Assembly: GCA_021779915.1 (NCBI GenBank)
Contig: JAJXZR010000029.1
Span: 12,495 to 76,494 of the forward strand
Length of the DNA stretch: 64,000 bases
From: a bacterium
GTDB taxonomy: Bacteria; Patescibacteriota; Minisyncoccia; CAIUEV01
Direction of reading: 5' to 3'
Below the pieces are notes generated by a model that worked only from the letters and a program-made list of their open reading frames with translations, was not told the origin of the DNA and did no database searches. Position numbers and translations under genes: made by a program. Numbering within the stretch: position 1 is the first letter of the stretch; every line of letters begins with the position of its first letter. Below are positions 37,819 through 47,417 of this stretch, one piece after another.

Positions 37819-37926
37819 AAAATATTTTGTTTCAAATTGGGAAACTGTGTTTTAAAAACTATGATTTTCTTATAGGAAATCCCCTAGTTTTTAAAACACA
37901 GTTTCCCAATTTGAAACAAAATATTT
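37819..37926. repeat. 42-bp perfect inverted repeat separated by about 35 bp in the divergent trmD / 37993 intergenic region
   Basis: aaaatattttgtttcaaattgggaaactgtgttttaaaaact ... agtttttaaaacacagtttcccaatttgaaacaaaatatttt. Confidence 0.7.
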
Positions 37927-37992
37927 TTTGAAGATTAAACTTTATCAACTAGTTAATTCATAGTATAAAATTATAAAGCTTTAAATTCAATT

Positions 37993-39174
37993 ATGCCAAG
38001 CGGATCGGAACCAGGTTTCCTCGAAATTCTGTGGCAGGTTATTATTTTTGGTTGGTGGATTTTTCTTCCAATTGGTCTTTATTCGATTTTTAGACCTCTT
38101 TGGGAAAAGTATGTTTCAGGAGTTTATGCCAGAGAAAGTTTAAATACAATTCTACTTAAAATTAAAATTCCGCAGGATCAATCTGCTAATCCAAAGGCAA
38201 TGGAAAGCGTTCTTATAGGACTAACTGGAACTGGCAGGACAATAACTCTTTATAACGCCATAACCACAGGGGCTTTTCAAGATTATTTCTCTCTCGAGAT
38301 TGCCAGCCGGGAGGGAGAAACTTCATTTTATATTGCTACGCCAAAAAGATCTGAGGATTTAGTGAAAAAACTTTTTTACAGTCAATTCCCCGACATTGAA
38401 ATTATGGAAGCTCCTGAAGATTACACCAAAGCCATTCCCGATACTATTCCCGATGAAAACTGGGGACTTTGGGGAGGAAAATATATTTTGGAAAAAAACC
38501 AGGCTCAACCAATCAATACTTATCCTTCTTTTGAAGACAAGTTCACCGGTGAAATGGTAGACCCGCTCTCTGGGCTCCTAGAGGCAATGGGAAGCCTTGG
38601 ACCTGGAGAGCATCTATGGTTTCAAATTCAAATCGGTCTCCCTCCTGCCGAATGGAGAAAAGAAGGCAAAAAAGAAATAGAGAAGATTTTAAAAAAATAC
38701 AATTTGATGCCTGCTTCTGAAAGTAGCGAAGAAGTAATGATGAGAGTACTTCCTCACCATGAACAAGAAACCATCAAAGCTATCAGCTACAAAATGTCAA
38801 AACCCGCCTTCAGCACTCAAATAATCTTTGCTTATATAGCGAGGCAAGAAGTTTTTAATCCTATCTTAGCGGCAAATATTGGTGGAGCCATGAAGCAATT
38901 TGAATCGGGAGATTTGAATGCTTTTATGCTCGACAAATATTACACTCTTTCCACTTACTTTTTACTCGCGAAAGGAAGAAAAGAATATCGAGCTAGAAGA
39001 TTAGTTGACATGCTTCGAGATAGGGATATGCAAGGGGTGTGTCCCGTCCTAAATGTTGAAGAATTGGCCACTTTATTCCATTTCCCAACTAAGATGATGA
39101 GAGTTCCAAGCCTTCCAAGGCTTGATAATAAACGAGCACCTGCTCCACCTAATTTGCCCTTGGAGGAAAAATAA
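37993..39174 (+). CDS. hypothetical membrane-anchored protein
   Basis: N-terminal TM hairpin followed by a 330 aa soluble domain; no recognisable motif. Confidence 0.4.
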   Translation: MPSGSEPGFLEILWQVIIFGWWIFLPIGLYSIFRPLWEKYVSGVYARESLNTILLKIKIPQDQSANPKAMESVLIGLTGTGRTITLYNAITTGAFQDYFSLEIASREGETSFYIATPKRSEDLVKKLFYSQFPDIEIMEAPEDYTKAIPDTIPDENWGLWGGKYILEKNQAQPINTYPSFEDKFTGEMVDPLSGLLEAMGSLGPGEHLWFQIQIGLPPAEWRKEGKKEIEKILKKYNLMPASESSEEVMMRVLPHHEQETIKAISYKMSKPAFSTQIIFAYIARQEVFNPILAANIGGAMKQFESGDLNAFMLDKYYTLSTYFLLAKGRKEYRARRLVDMLRDRDMQGVCPVLNVEELATLFHFPTKMMRVPSLPRLDNKRAPAPPNLPLEEK

Positions 39175-39226
39175 AGATACAGTAATTTTAGATGGTATAA
39201 TTAAATAAAAATAACAAAATAAAAAA

Positions 39227-42200
39227 ATGAAAAAAGACCAATTATTTCGACTTGCAAAGAAAAGTTCAGTGTCTTTTTTAGCTTTGTCGTTTTTGTTTCA
39301 GATGGGAAGTCTACAGAGTCTTATTCAAGCAGAGGTTTCCCATGCCGATTTTAGTCGGGGAGATATGTCAAAGTTATTTAAATCTACCCCTAGAAATAAC
39401 CAAGTTCAAACCAAAATTAACAAATCAAGTAATCAAAAATCAGATTTCGTTCCAGGAGAAGTTTTAGTTAAGTTTAAGGAAAATAAAATCAGTTTAAAAA
39501 GTTTTTTGGGAGGAAAAAATAATAAAAAATTGAATATCGAAAATTCCTTGGCAGGAAAAAGTATTAATAGCGTTGCAAATAAATATAATCTGGAAAAAAA
39601 AGATTATCTACCAAAAGATAATTCTTCTCTGATGAAAATTAAAGACTCCGATAGCATCGAACAGAAAATAGAAAAATTAAAAAAAGATCCAACAATTGAA
39701 TCGGCTCAACCTAATTATAAATATCATTTAAATTCCATTACTCCTGGTAACGATACTTATTATGTAGATCAGTGGGCACTTCATAACACTGGACAAACAG
39801 TTGATGGCGTAAAAGGAACGGCGGATGCTGACATTGACGCTCCAGAAGCTTGGGCCACTTCTGAAGGAAACAACAGCATAATTGCTGCAGTAATTGACAC
39901 AGGAGTAGCCTATGATCACCCAGATCTTTTGGCTAATATGTGGGATGGGTCAAGTTGTAAAGATGAAAATAATGCGACAATCCCGGGAGGATGTACCTAT
40001 GGTTATGATTATGACAGCAACGACACCAATCCAGCTCCAGATGGAGATTCTCTTACCACTGGCGCCTATTCTCACGGCACTCACGTAGCTGGAATTATCG
40101 CGGCGGCCGACAACACAAACGGGATTGTTGGGGTGGCACCTCACACCAAAATTATGGCAGTAAAAACTGCTTTGTTGACTACTTCCGAAATTGTTAAAGC
40201 CATTGCTTTTGCTGAAAACAATGGTGCAAAAATAATTAACGCCAGCTGGGGGGGCTCTGAAAACGACACTCTTATGAAAGAGGCTATTAGGGGGTTTAGT
40301 GGTCTATTCATCGCAGCCGCAGGAAACTCAGGAGATGATAATGATGGAGCTGATCCTTTGTATCCTTGTTCTTTTGATTTAGATAATATTGTTTGTGTAG
40401 CCGCTACTGATCAAAATGACAAACTAACAAGTTGGTCCAGCTATGGGGCGAATACCGTTGATGTTGGAGCACCTGGAGATAACATTATTAGTGATGTCGC
40501 AGAAAGAAAAACAGTAAATCAAGACTTTGAAACCACTACTGTTGGTCAAATTCCTACTGGTTTTTCTAAAACCGGTAATTGGCAAGTAAAAACTGCTCCG
40601 GCAGAATTGAATTGGGGAACCACTAAGGTTCTTTTTGCGGATAACTCCTTTCCTTACGCCGATAATGCCAATTCAACTTTTGCCAACACCACTGCCTATA
40701 ATTTGGATGGTTCCACTACAGCAGAACTCAGTTTTTGGACAGCCTGTGATACTGAATACGACAGTCGCAGTTCTGCTTGGACAGATTATTTGGCCTTGGA
40801 GTTAAGCAGTGACGGCACAAATTTTTCTGAAGTAGCCAGGTGGGATAAAGGATCTCTTTCTGGTGGGGGAATTGGCTATTCAACTGGATTTTATGATGAT
40901 TTTATTCCTTCGGGATATTTAACTTCTAATTTTAAATTACGTTTTAGATGGGTCACTAACGGAACGAATAACTATTACGGTGGTTGTCTTATTGATGATT
41001 TAAAGCTAGAAACTTACGGAAATAGTATTAACGACGAATATGATTATTGGTCCGGCACTTCTATGGCAACTCCTCAAGTTGTAGGACTTACTAGTTTGGT
41101 TTGGGAAACAAATGGTAGCTTGACAAATAGCCAAGTAAAAAATTTAATCTTAAAATCTGGTGATCCCCTCGCTGATCTTGACGGAACAACCGTTTCGGGA
41201 AAAAGAATTAATGCCTATAAAGCACTCACAACCAAACGGATTGACACTTTCGATTTTAATAGCCTAGATCCAACCGTTTCTGGGGATATTGATGAAACTA
41301 ACCACACAATAAGTCTTGTGGTTCCTTATGGAACAAACATTACTTCTCTTGTTCCCACAATCAGTTACACAGGAGGAACAATGAGTCCGGCAACGGGAGT
41401 AGCTCAAAATTTTACCAGTCCCAAAACTTATACTGTTACTGCTGCTGACGGTACAACTCAAAATTACACAGTTACCGTAACCGTCAGTACCGAACTAACA
41501 AAACAAATTACTGCTTTTGATTTTAATGATTTGGGTGTTTCTGGAATTATTAATGAAGGAAATAACACAATCTCTCTTACCGTACCTCACGATACTAATG
41601 TAACCTCTCTTTCCCCAACAATCACCTTCACGGGAGAGTCTTTAAGTCCTTTGAGTAATATTCCTCAGAATTTTACTAATCCCGTAACTTATACTATTAC
41701 CGACTCAGACGGTTTTACCAGAAATTATACCGTTACAGTGACAGTTTTAAGAAATTCTGAAAAACAAATTACTGCTTTTGATTTTAATGATTTTTCCTAC
41801 CCTGTTATTGGATCGATCGACGAAGAAAATAAAACTATTAATTTAACTGTTGCCAACGGCACTAATTTAACTTATCTTACTCCAACAATCAGTTATTCTG
41901 GTTCTTCCATTAGTCCTGGTTCGGAAGTCAGTCAAGACTTCACAAGTCCCATAACCTACACAATAACAGCAGAGGATGGATCGACAACTTCCTACACGGT
42001 AACAGTCGACAAATCAACCGATCCTTACATTTCTAATATTCAAAGAATTAACAAGAAAAAAACTAGAATTATTATTTCCGATTTAACTCTTTCAACTCAA
42101 AAAAAATTAAAACCGACCACTGCCTTTTTAAATGGCAATAGAGTAAGAATTTCTGGGGTCAAAAATTCCGGAAATAGAACTTTTTTAATAGCGAATTTGA

Positions 42201-42322
42201 GCTACTCAAAATGGCCACGAGGACCATATGAGTTTTCTTTTAGTTACAAAATTTCAACCGGTAAAAAATCTTATAGAGTAGAAACTTTTAATCCTTCAGA
42301 AAATGATTTCCAAATAAATTAA
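39227..42322 (+). CDS. secreted subtilisin-like serine protease (peptidase S8) with N-terminal inhibitor-I9-like region and three C-terminal about 80 aa Ig-like repeats
   Basis: signal peptide; catalytic triad contexts VIDTGV (D), HGTHVAGII (H), GTSMATPQV (S); threefold repeat FDFN..TISL.VP.GTN.TSL.PTI...G...SP......FT.P.TYT.T..DG.T.NYTVTV. Confidence 0.85.
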   Translation: MKKDQLFRLAKKSSVSFLALSFLFQMGSLQSLIQAEVSHADFSRGDMSKLFKSTPRNNQVQTKINKSSNQKSDFVPGEVLVKFKENKISLKSFLGGKNNKKLNIENSLAGKSINSVANKYNLEKKDYLPKDNSSLMKIKDSDSIEQKIEKLKKDPTIESAQPNYKYHLNSITPGNDTYYVDQWALHNTGQTVDGVKGTADADIDAPEAWATSEGNNSIIAAVIDTGVAYDHPDLLANMWDGSSCKDENNATIPGGCTYGYDYDSNDTNPAPDGDSLTTGAYSHGTHVAGIIAAADNTNGIVGVAPHTKIMAVKTALLTTSEIVKAIAFAENNGAKIINASWGGSENDTLMKEAIRGFSGLFIAAAGNSGDDNDGADPLYPCSFDLDNIVCVAATDQNDKLTSWSSYGANTVDVGAPGDNIISDVAERKTVNQDFETTTVGQIPTGFSKTGNWQVKTAPAELNWGTTKVLFADNSFPYADNANSTFANTTAYNLDGSTTAELSFWTACDTEYDSRSSAWTDYLALELSSDGTNFSEVARWDKGSLSGGGIGYSTGFYDDFIPSGYLTSNFKLRFRWVTNGTNNYYGGCLIDDLKLETYGNSINDEYDYWSGTSMATPQVVGLTSLVWETNGSLTNSQVKNLILKSGDPLADLDGTTVSGKRINAYKALTTKRIDTFDFNSLDPTVSGDIDETNHTISLVVPYGTNITSLVPTISYTGGTMSPATGVAQNFTSPKTYTVTAADGTTQNYTVTVTVSTELTKQITAFDFNDLGVSGIINEGNNTISLTVPHDTNVTSLSPTITFTGESLSPLSNIPQNFTNPVTYTITDSDGFTRNYTVTVTVLRNSEKQITAFDFNDFSYPVIGSIDEENKTINLTVANGTNLTYLTPTISYSGSSISPGSEVSQDFTSPITYTITAEDGSTTSYTVTVDKSTDPYISNIQRINKKKTRIIISDLTLSTQKKLKPTTAFLNGNRVRISGVKNSGNRTFLIANLSYSKWPRGPYEFSFSYKISTGKKSYRVETFNPSENDFQIN

Positions 42323-43240
42323 ATGAATAAAACCAACTTATTATCCAAGGCTGTAGCCATTGTAGGGCCAACTGCTGCTGGAAAAACCAGACTGGGAGTT
42401 TTTATTGCCAAAAAATTTGATGGGGAAGTTGTTTCTGCAGACTCTCGCCAGATTTATAGACATTTAGACCTTTCAACTGGAAAAGACAAAGGTGATTATG
42501 TTTTGAAGAATAAAAAAATTCCTTATCACTTAATCGATATTCTTGAGCCAAATGAAGAGTTTAGTTCTGCCGAATTTCAAAAGAAGGCTTTTATTTCAAT
42601 TGATAACATTTTAAAAAAAAGAAAACTTCCGCTTCTGGTCGGCGGAAGCCCTTTCTACATCTACTCCGTTACAGAAGGTTGGCAATTTCCCAAAATTAAA
42701 AAAGATGAAAAATTAAGAAAAAAGCTTGAAAAAATGGACTTGGAAGATTTGAAAAGATTACTAGAAAAAATTGATCCTCAAGCTTTTTCTAAAATTGACC
42801 AAAAAAATCCAAGAAGATTACAAAGAGCCATTGAAACATGTATTCTTTCCGGAAAAAGTTTTGAGGAAGCCAAACCAAAATCTAATCCAAAGTATGATTT
42901 TTTGTTTCTCGGCATCACTTTTCCCTTTCCGGAGCTCAAAAAAAGAATTGAAAAACGACTTAAAGAAAGAATCAAGGAGGGGATGGTTGAAGAAATTTCA
43001 GAAATTTTAAAAAGCCAAAAAGCTTCCCGCGACGATCTTCTTAAGATGGGTCTGGAGCCAAGATTCATCACTTATTATCTTGATCAAAAAATAAACAAAA
43101 AAGAGCTAGAAGAGCTCCTGGTCAGAAATATTCTAAGTTTTGCCAGAAGACAAATGAATTGGTTTCGAAAAGACGAGAATATTAAATGGATAGAGAATGA
43201 TAGAGAAGCAGAAAAGATTACTGGGAAATTTCTAAGCTAA
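42323..43240 (+). CDS. miaA: tRNA dimethylallyltransferase
   Basis: P-loop GPTAAGKT and DSRQIYR motif. Confidence 0.85.
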   Translation: MNKTNLLSKAVAIVGPTAAGKTRLGVFIAKKFDGEVVSADSRQIYRHLDLSTGKDKGDYVLKNKKIPYHLIDILEPNEEFSSAEFQKKAFISIDNILKKRKLPLLVGGSPFYIYSVTEGWQFPKIKKDEKLRKKLEKMDLEDLKRLLEKIDPQAFSKIDQKNPRRLQRAIETCILSGKSFEEAKPKSNPKYDFLFLGITFPFPELKKRIEKRLKERIKEGMVEEISEILKSQKASRDDLLKMGLEPRFITYYLDQKINKKELEELLVRNILSFARRQMNWFRKDENIKWIENDREAEKITGKFLS

Positions 43241-43415
43241 TTTTTTAAGTAGGGAAAACTAGCTCCAAATTTTCAATTCGTAATTTTCAATTTTTGAAAA
43301 ATTTATTTTTGTGCTTCCGGTCCAATCGGGAAGTTATCAGGATAGACGGTCAGTTTCTCTGTCCCATCCTGTTTCTTGGTAACATTTATTTGTTACTCTA
43401 GACAAGTTCCAAAAA

Positions 43416-44729
43416 TTATTTCGGATTTATAACGTCTTTCCCAACGTATCCTCGCAGGACTTCAGGCACGACCACGCTTCCGTCTTTTTGTTGAAAATTT
43501 TCCAAAATTGCGATCAGGGTTCTAGGACTGGCTAGAGCAGTATTATTGAGCATATATACATATTTTTTGTCTTTTCCGTCAGTGTATTTCACGTCCAATC
43601 TCCTTGCCTGCCAATCAAGAAAATTGGAGGCTGACCCGGTTTCACCAAAGCGATTCATGCCAGGAAGCCAAGCCTCAATATCAAAAGCTCTATATTTTCC
43701 AGGGCTCATATCACCCGTGCAAATCTGAACAATCCGATAGGGAAGTTTAAAATCTTCATGGATTTCTTTAGAAATTTGAAGCATCTCTTCTTGAATTTTT
43801 TTAGAGGCTTCAACGTCATCATCAGCAATCACTACTTGCTCCACCTTCATAAACTCATGGACTCGATAAATACCTTTGGTGTCCTTTCCATAACTTCCAA
43901 TTTCACTTCGGTAACATTGACTGAATCCGCACATTTTTAATGGAAGGTCTTCTTTTTTTAAAACTTCTCCGGAATAATAGGCAAGGAGAGATGGTTCAGC
44001 TGTTCCCACCAAAAATTTATTTTCTTTACTTTGTTCCCCTAACTGATTTTTCTCGAAATTAGCAATTTGATAAATTTCATCAATTTCAGGATTAAACTCG
44101 GCATCTTTAAAATATCCGCTACCAAAAAGAGCAAACTCTTTCACCAAAGTCGGTGGAATCATCGGCGAATAACCTTTGGAGATCATTTTGTTAAGTGCGT
44201 ACATCATCATCCCAAAAACCAGCATAACTCCTTCATTCTTGAGGTAATACCCTCTGTATCCTCCGACTTTTACACCCCTTTCGAAATCAATAATGTCTAA
44301 ATTTTTTGCAAGTTCTATGTGATCTTTAGGAACAAAACTAAATTGGGGAATCTCTCCAAAACGAGAAACTTCAGGATTGTCGTCTCCATTTTTTCCTACC
44401 GGAGTATCAGGAGAAGGAATATTAGGGACTCTCGCCATGAGATTTTTTAATCTCCCTTTGACCTCTCGGTAATCAGTTTCTAATCTTGCAATTTCGTTGC
44501 GAATCATCCGCCCCTTGGTAGATATTTCTTTTTGTTCAACATCCGTAAGATTCATCCCCATCGAACTTAGTTGGTTTTTCTCCGCCCTCCTCATCTCTAT
44601 TTCCTGTGCCATAGCAACTCTGTCTTTATCGACCGAAAGAAGATAATCAAGATCAAGCTCAATTCCCTTATTTTTTATCGCCTCTTTTAGTTTGTCACTA
44701 TTTTCGCGAATGAATTTAATATCGAGCAT
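43416..44729 (-). CDS. serS: serine--tRNA ligase
   Basis: N-terminal coiled-coil arm and class II catalytic core; start placed at the ATG giving MLDIKFIREN, not the upstream GTG. Confidence 0.85.
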   Translation of the reverse strand: MLDIKFIRENSDKLKEAIKNKGIELDLDYLLSVDKDRVAMAQEIEMRRAEKNQLSSMGMNLTDVEQKEISTKGRMIRNEIARLETDYREVKGRLKNLMARVPNIPSPDTPVGKNGDDNPEVSRFGEIPQFSFVPKDHIELAKNLDIIDFERGVKVGGYRGYYLKNEGVMLVFGMMMYALNKMISKGYSPMIPPTLVKEFALFGSGYFKDAEFNPEIDEIYQIANFEKNQLGEQSKENKFLVGTAEPSLLAYYSGEVLKKEDLPLKMCGFSQCYRSEIGSYGKDTKGIYRVHEFMKVEQVVIADDDVEASKKIQEEMLQISKEIHEDFKLPYRIVQICTGDMSPGKYRAFDIEAWLPGMNRFGETGSASNFLDWQARRLDVKYTDGKDKKYVYMLNNTALASPRTLIAILENFQQKDGSVVVPEVLRGYVGKDVINPK

Positions 44730-44759
44730 TGGGAGGATTAAAAGTAAGATTCTACCCAC

Positions 44760-44899
44760 GTGTCATCCCGGGCTTGACCCGGGATCCAGGAGAGTGGTAT
44801 TAGTCTAATAAAATGTTAGTTTGTTCAATCTCTTACAATGCACATTAAAATAACATTCTGTTAGTCTAACTGGATCCCGGGTCAAGCCCGGGATGACAC
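44760..44899. repeat. MITE-like element, hairpin-TIR family, short subtype (H9)
   Basis: GTGTCATCCCGGGCTTGACCCGGGATCCAGG ... CTGGATCCCGGGTCAAGCCCGGGATGACAC; nearly perfect. Confidence 0.8.
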
Positions 44900-45050
44900 C
44901 TCTGGTAAAATTCAATAAAATAACAAAATATTTTCAAATTAGGAATATTTTTTGAATTAGTTTATAAATTATTTATTGCACAACAAAATAATAAATCCAA
45001 GCCCTAACAACTTTATATCTTTCGACTTTATACTTTTTAACTAATTTGTT

Positions 45051-45755
45051 ATGTTTGATACTCGTGGACTTGAAAAATTTTCCTTAGTTGAATGGCCTGG
45101 GAAAATGTCGGCCATCATTTTCACCGGCGGATGCAATTTTCGCTGTCCTTTTTGTCATAATCCGGAATTAGTAACTGAGCTTCAAAAGACACCGATTTAC
45201 CCCTGGGAAGAAATTGAAAAATTTCTTAACAAAAAAGTGGGGTGGATTGATGCGATTATTATCACTGGGGGGGAGCCTACTCTACAAGAGAGTTTACCTG
45301 AAATTCTCCAAAAAATTAAAAAAATGGGATACTTAACCGGAATCGCAACTAACGGAACCAATCCTGAAATGCTGGAAGAACTGATAAGAAAAAACTTGCT
45401 GGACAAGATAGCTATGGACATCAAAAGCTCCGAGGAAAAATATTATTTAGCAACAGGCACGAATGAAGTTGGCTTGGAAAAAATTAAAAAGAGTATCAAT
45501 TTGATAATCAACAGTGGAATCGAATATGATTTTAAAGTGACTTTAGCTCCAGGAATAGTCGAAACTAGCGATATTGAAGGAATCGGGAAATTCATTAAGG
45601 GAGCAAAAAAAGTCACTCTTCAACAATTCCGCCCCCTTAAAACACTTGACAAAACCTTCGAACACAAAGTACCCTATTCACTAGATACTATTAAAGAAAT
45701 GAAAGAAATTTTGGGTAGTTACGTTGAAAGTGTTAGTTTGGAAGGAATAGAATAA
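45051..45755 (+). CDS. nrdG: anaerobic ribonucleoside-triphosphate reductase activating protein-like radical SAM enzyme
   Basis: WPGKMS...GGCNFRCPFCHNPE matches the NrdG-type signature (WPG, GCN.RC..CHN). Confidence 0.6.
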   Translation: MFDTRGLEKFSLVEWPGKMSAIIFTGGCNFRCPFCHNPELVTELQKTPIYPWEEIEKFLNKKVGWIDAIIITGGEPTLQESLPEILQKIKKMGYLTGIATNGTNPEMLEELIRKNLLDKIAMDIKSSEEKYYLATGTNEVGLEKIKKSINLIINSGIEYDFKVTLAPGIVETSDIEGIGKFIKGAKKVTLQQFRPLKTLDKTFEHKVPYSLDTIKEMKEILGSYVESVSLEGIE

Positions 45756-45836
45756 AAATTTCAATTTCTAATTTTCAATTTTCAAACAATTTTCAATTTA
45801 TTAATTACTCAATTACATAAATAATACCCGTCTAGT

Positions 45837-45928
45837 GTGTCATCCTTGCGAAAGCGAGGATCCAGGAGAATGATATTAGACTAATAGAGTATTAATTTCC
45901 TGGATTCCCGCTTTCGCAGGAATGACAC
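45837..45928. repeat. MITE-like element, hairpin-TIR family, minimal subtype (H10)
   Basis: GTGTCATCCTTGCGAAAGCGAGGATCCAGG ... CTGGATTCCCGCTTTCGCAGGAATGACAC. Confidence 0.75.
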
Positions 45929-46016
45929 GTGTTTCTTTGTTTGAAAATTAATGAATTGTAAAATTGAAAATTGTTTGAAAATTGAAAATTAGAAATTGAA
46001 AATTTTTTAATACACT

Positions 46017-47108
46017 ATGTCTAAAGATTACTACGGTGTTCTGGGTCTTTCCAAGAACGCTACGCCAGAAGAAATTAAAAAAGCTTACCATAAGCTTGCA
46101 CACAAGTATCATCCCGATAAAAAAGGCGGTGACTCTGAGAAATTCAAAGAGATTAACGAGGCTTACAGCGTTCTTTCCGACTCGAAGAAAAAAGCCACTT
46201 ATGATCAGTTCGGATCTTATCAGGAAGGAGCTAGTGGTCCTTCTGGTTTTGGCGGGGCTGATTTTTCCGGATTTGGAAATTTTTCCGGATTTGATTTCTC
46301 TCAAGGGATTGATTTGGGAGATCTTTTTGGTGATATTTTTGAAGGGTTTGGAGTTAGAAGAGGAGGCACTTCTTCAAGAAGAGAGAGAGGGTCTGACATT
46401 CAAATCGATCTAGAAATTTCTTTTTTTGAAATGGCTCAAGGGGTTAGAAAGAACGTATCCGTCTACAAGAACGAACGTTGTCAAGCTTGCAAGGGGAAAG
46501 GGGCGGAAAAAGATGAAGATGTGGAAAAGTGTTCCTATTGCAATGGAACGGGAAAAATGGAGAGGAGGATTAACACTGGATTTGGATCTTTTGCCCAGGT
46601 TACACCTTGTTCCAATTGCCAAGGAAAAGGTTTTCAAATAAAGAAAAAATGTTCCAATTGCCAGGGGATTGGCGTTGCCAAAAGAAAAACAGAGTTAAAT
46701 ATTACCATACCCGCTGGCGTAGAAGAAGGTAGTGTTTTGAAACTTGAAAACATGGGGGCAGAATCTAGAGATGGAATAAGCGGAGATCTTTTTGTCAAAA
46801 TTCATGTTATGCCTCATTCTTCATTTAAAAGAGTCGGAAATGATGTCTTTTTCGAAAAAGAAGTTTCTCTTACTGATGCCCTATTGGGAAAAACAATTTC
46901 TGTTCCTACTCTTGAAGGCGAGGACAAGCTGGAAATTCCTGAAAACACAGTGAACGGGGAGCTTTTCCGCATGAAAGGAAGAGGCATAAAAGCAGGGATA
47001 TCCCGAACGGATGGCGACGAAATTGTACAAGTTAAAATAAAAATGCCAAAAAGGCTTTCAAGTAGGGCTAAGAGACTACTGGAGGAATTGAGGGAAGAAG
47101 GGATGTGA
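46017..47108 (+). CDS. dnaJ: molecular chaperone DnaJ
   Basis: J domain with HPD (YHPDKK), G/F-rich linker, four CxxCxGxG zinc-finger repeats. Confidence 0.9.
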   Translation: MSKDYYGVLGLSKNATPEEIKKAYHKLAHKYHPDKKGGDSEKFKEINEAYSVLSDSKKKATYDQFGSYQEGASGPSGFGGADFSGFGNFSGFDFSQGIDLGDLFGDIFEGFGVRRGGTSSRRERGSDIQIDLEISFFEMAQGVRKNVSVYKNERCQACKGKGAEKDEDVEKCSYCNGTGKMERRINTGFGSFAQVTPCSNCQGKGFQIKKKCSNCQGIGVAKRKTELNITIPAGVEEGSVLKLENMGAESRDGISGDLFVKIHVMPHSSFKRVGNDVFFEKEVSLTDALLGKTISVPTLEGEDKLEIPENTVNGELFRMKGRGIKAGISRTDGDEIVQVKIKMPKRLSSRAKRLLEELREEGM

Positions 47109-47157
47109 TGATTTGAATTTCTAATTCACCTAATTTTTAATTTACCTAATAAAATAA

Positions 47158-47390
47158 CCAAATTCCAAGAAACAAATTACAAACAAGAAACAATTTTCCA
47201 AATTAAAACATCCCACGTGTCATCCCCGGCGTGTTGACCGGGGATCTAGGAAAATTATATTTTACTAGTCTAATATAATTCTCCTGGATCCTCGCTTTCA
47301 CAAGGATGAAACGCTAAAAGGGTATTGTTTTGTATTTCGAATTTGTTTGTAATTTGTTTCTTGCTTCTTGGAATTTTTATTAGAACTTAT
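47158..47390. repeat. composite element (H11): hairpin-TIR core (47217-47322) flanked on the outside by ccaagaaacaa inverted arms
   Basis: arm ...aattccaagaaacaaattacaaacaag... | GTGTCATCCCCGGCGTGTTGACCGGGGATCTAGG ... CTGGATCCTCGCTTTCACAAGGATGAAAC | ...cttgcttcttggaatt arm. Confidence 0.7.
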
Positions 47391-47417
47391 GTAAATTAGA
47401 AATTAAACTAAAACCTC

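Noticed and set aside
44730-44759. N-terminal extension of serS (MGRILLLILP...) from the GTG at 44759 in the ORF track
   Set aside because: The conserved SerS N-terminus begins at MLDIKFIREN (ATG at 44729). The extension runs into repeat H9 and is most likely untranslated.
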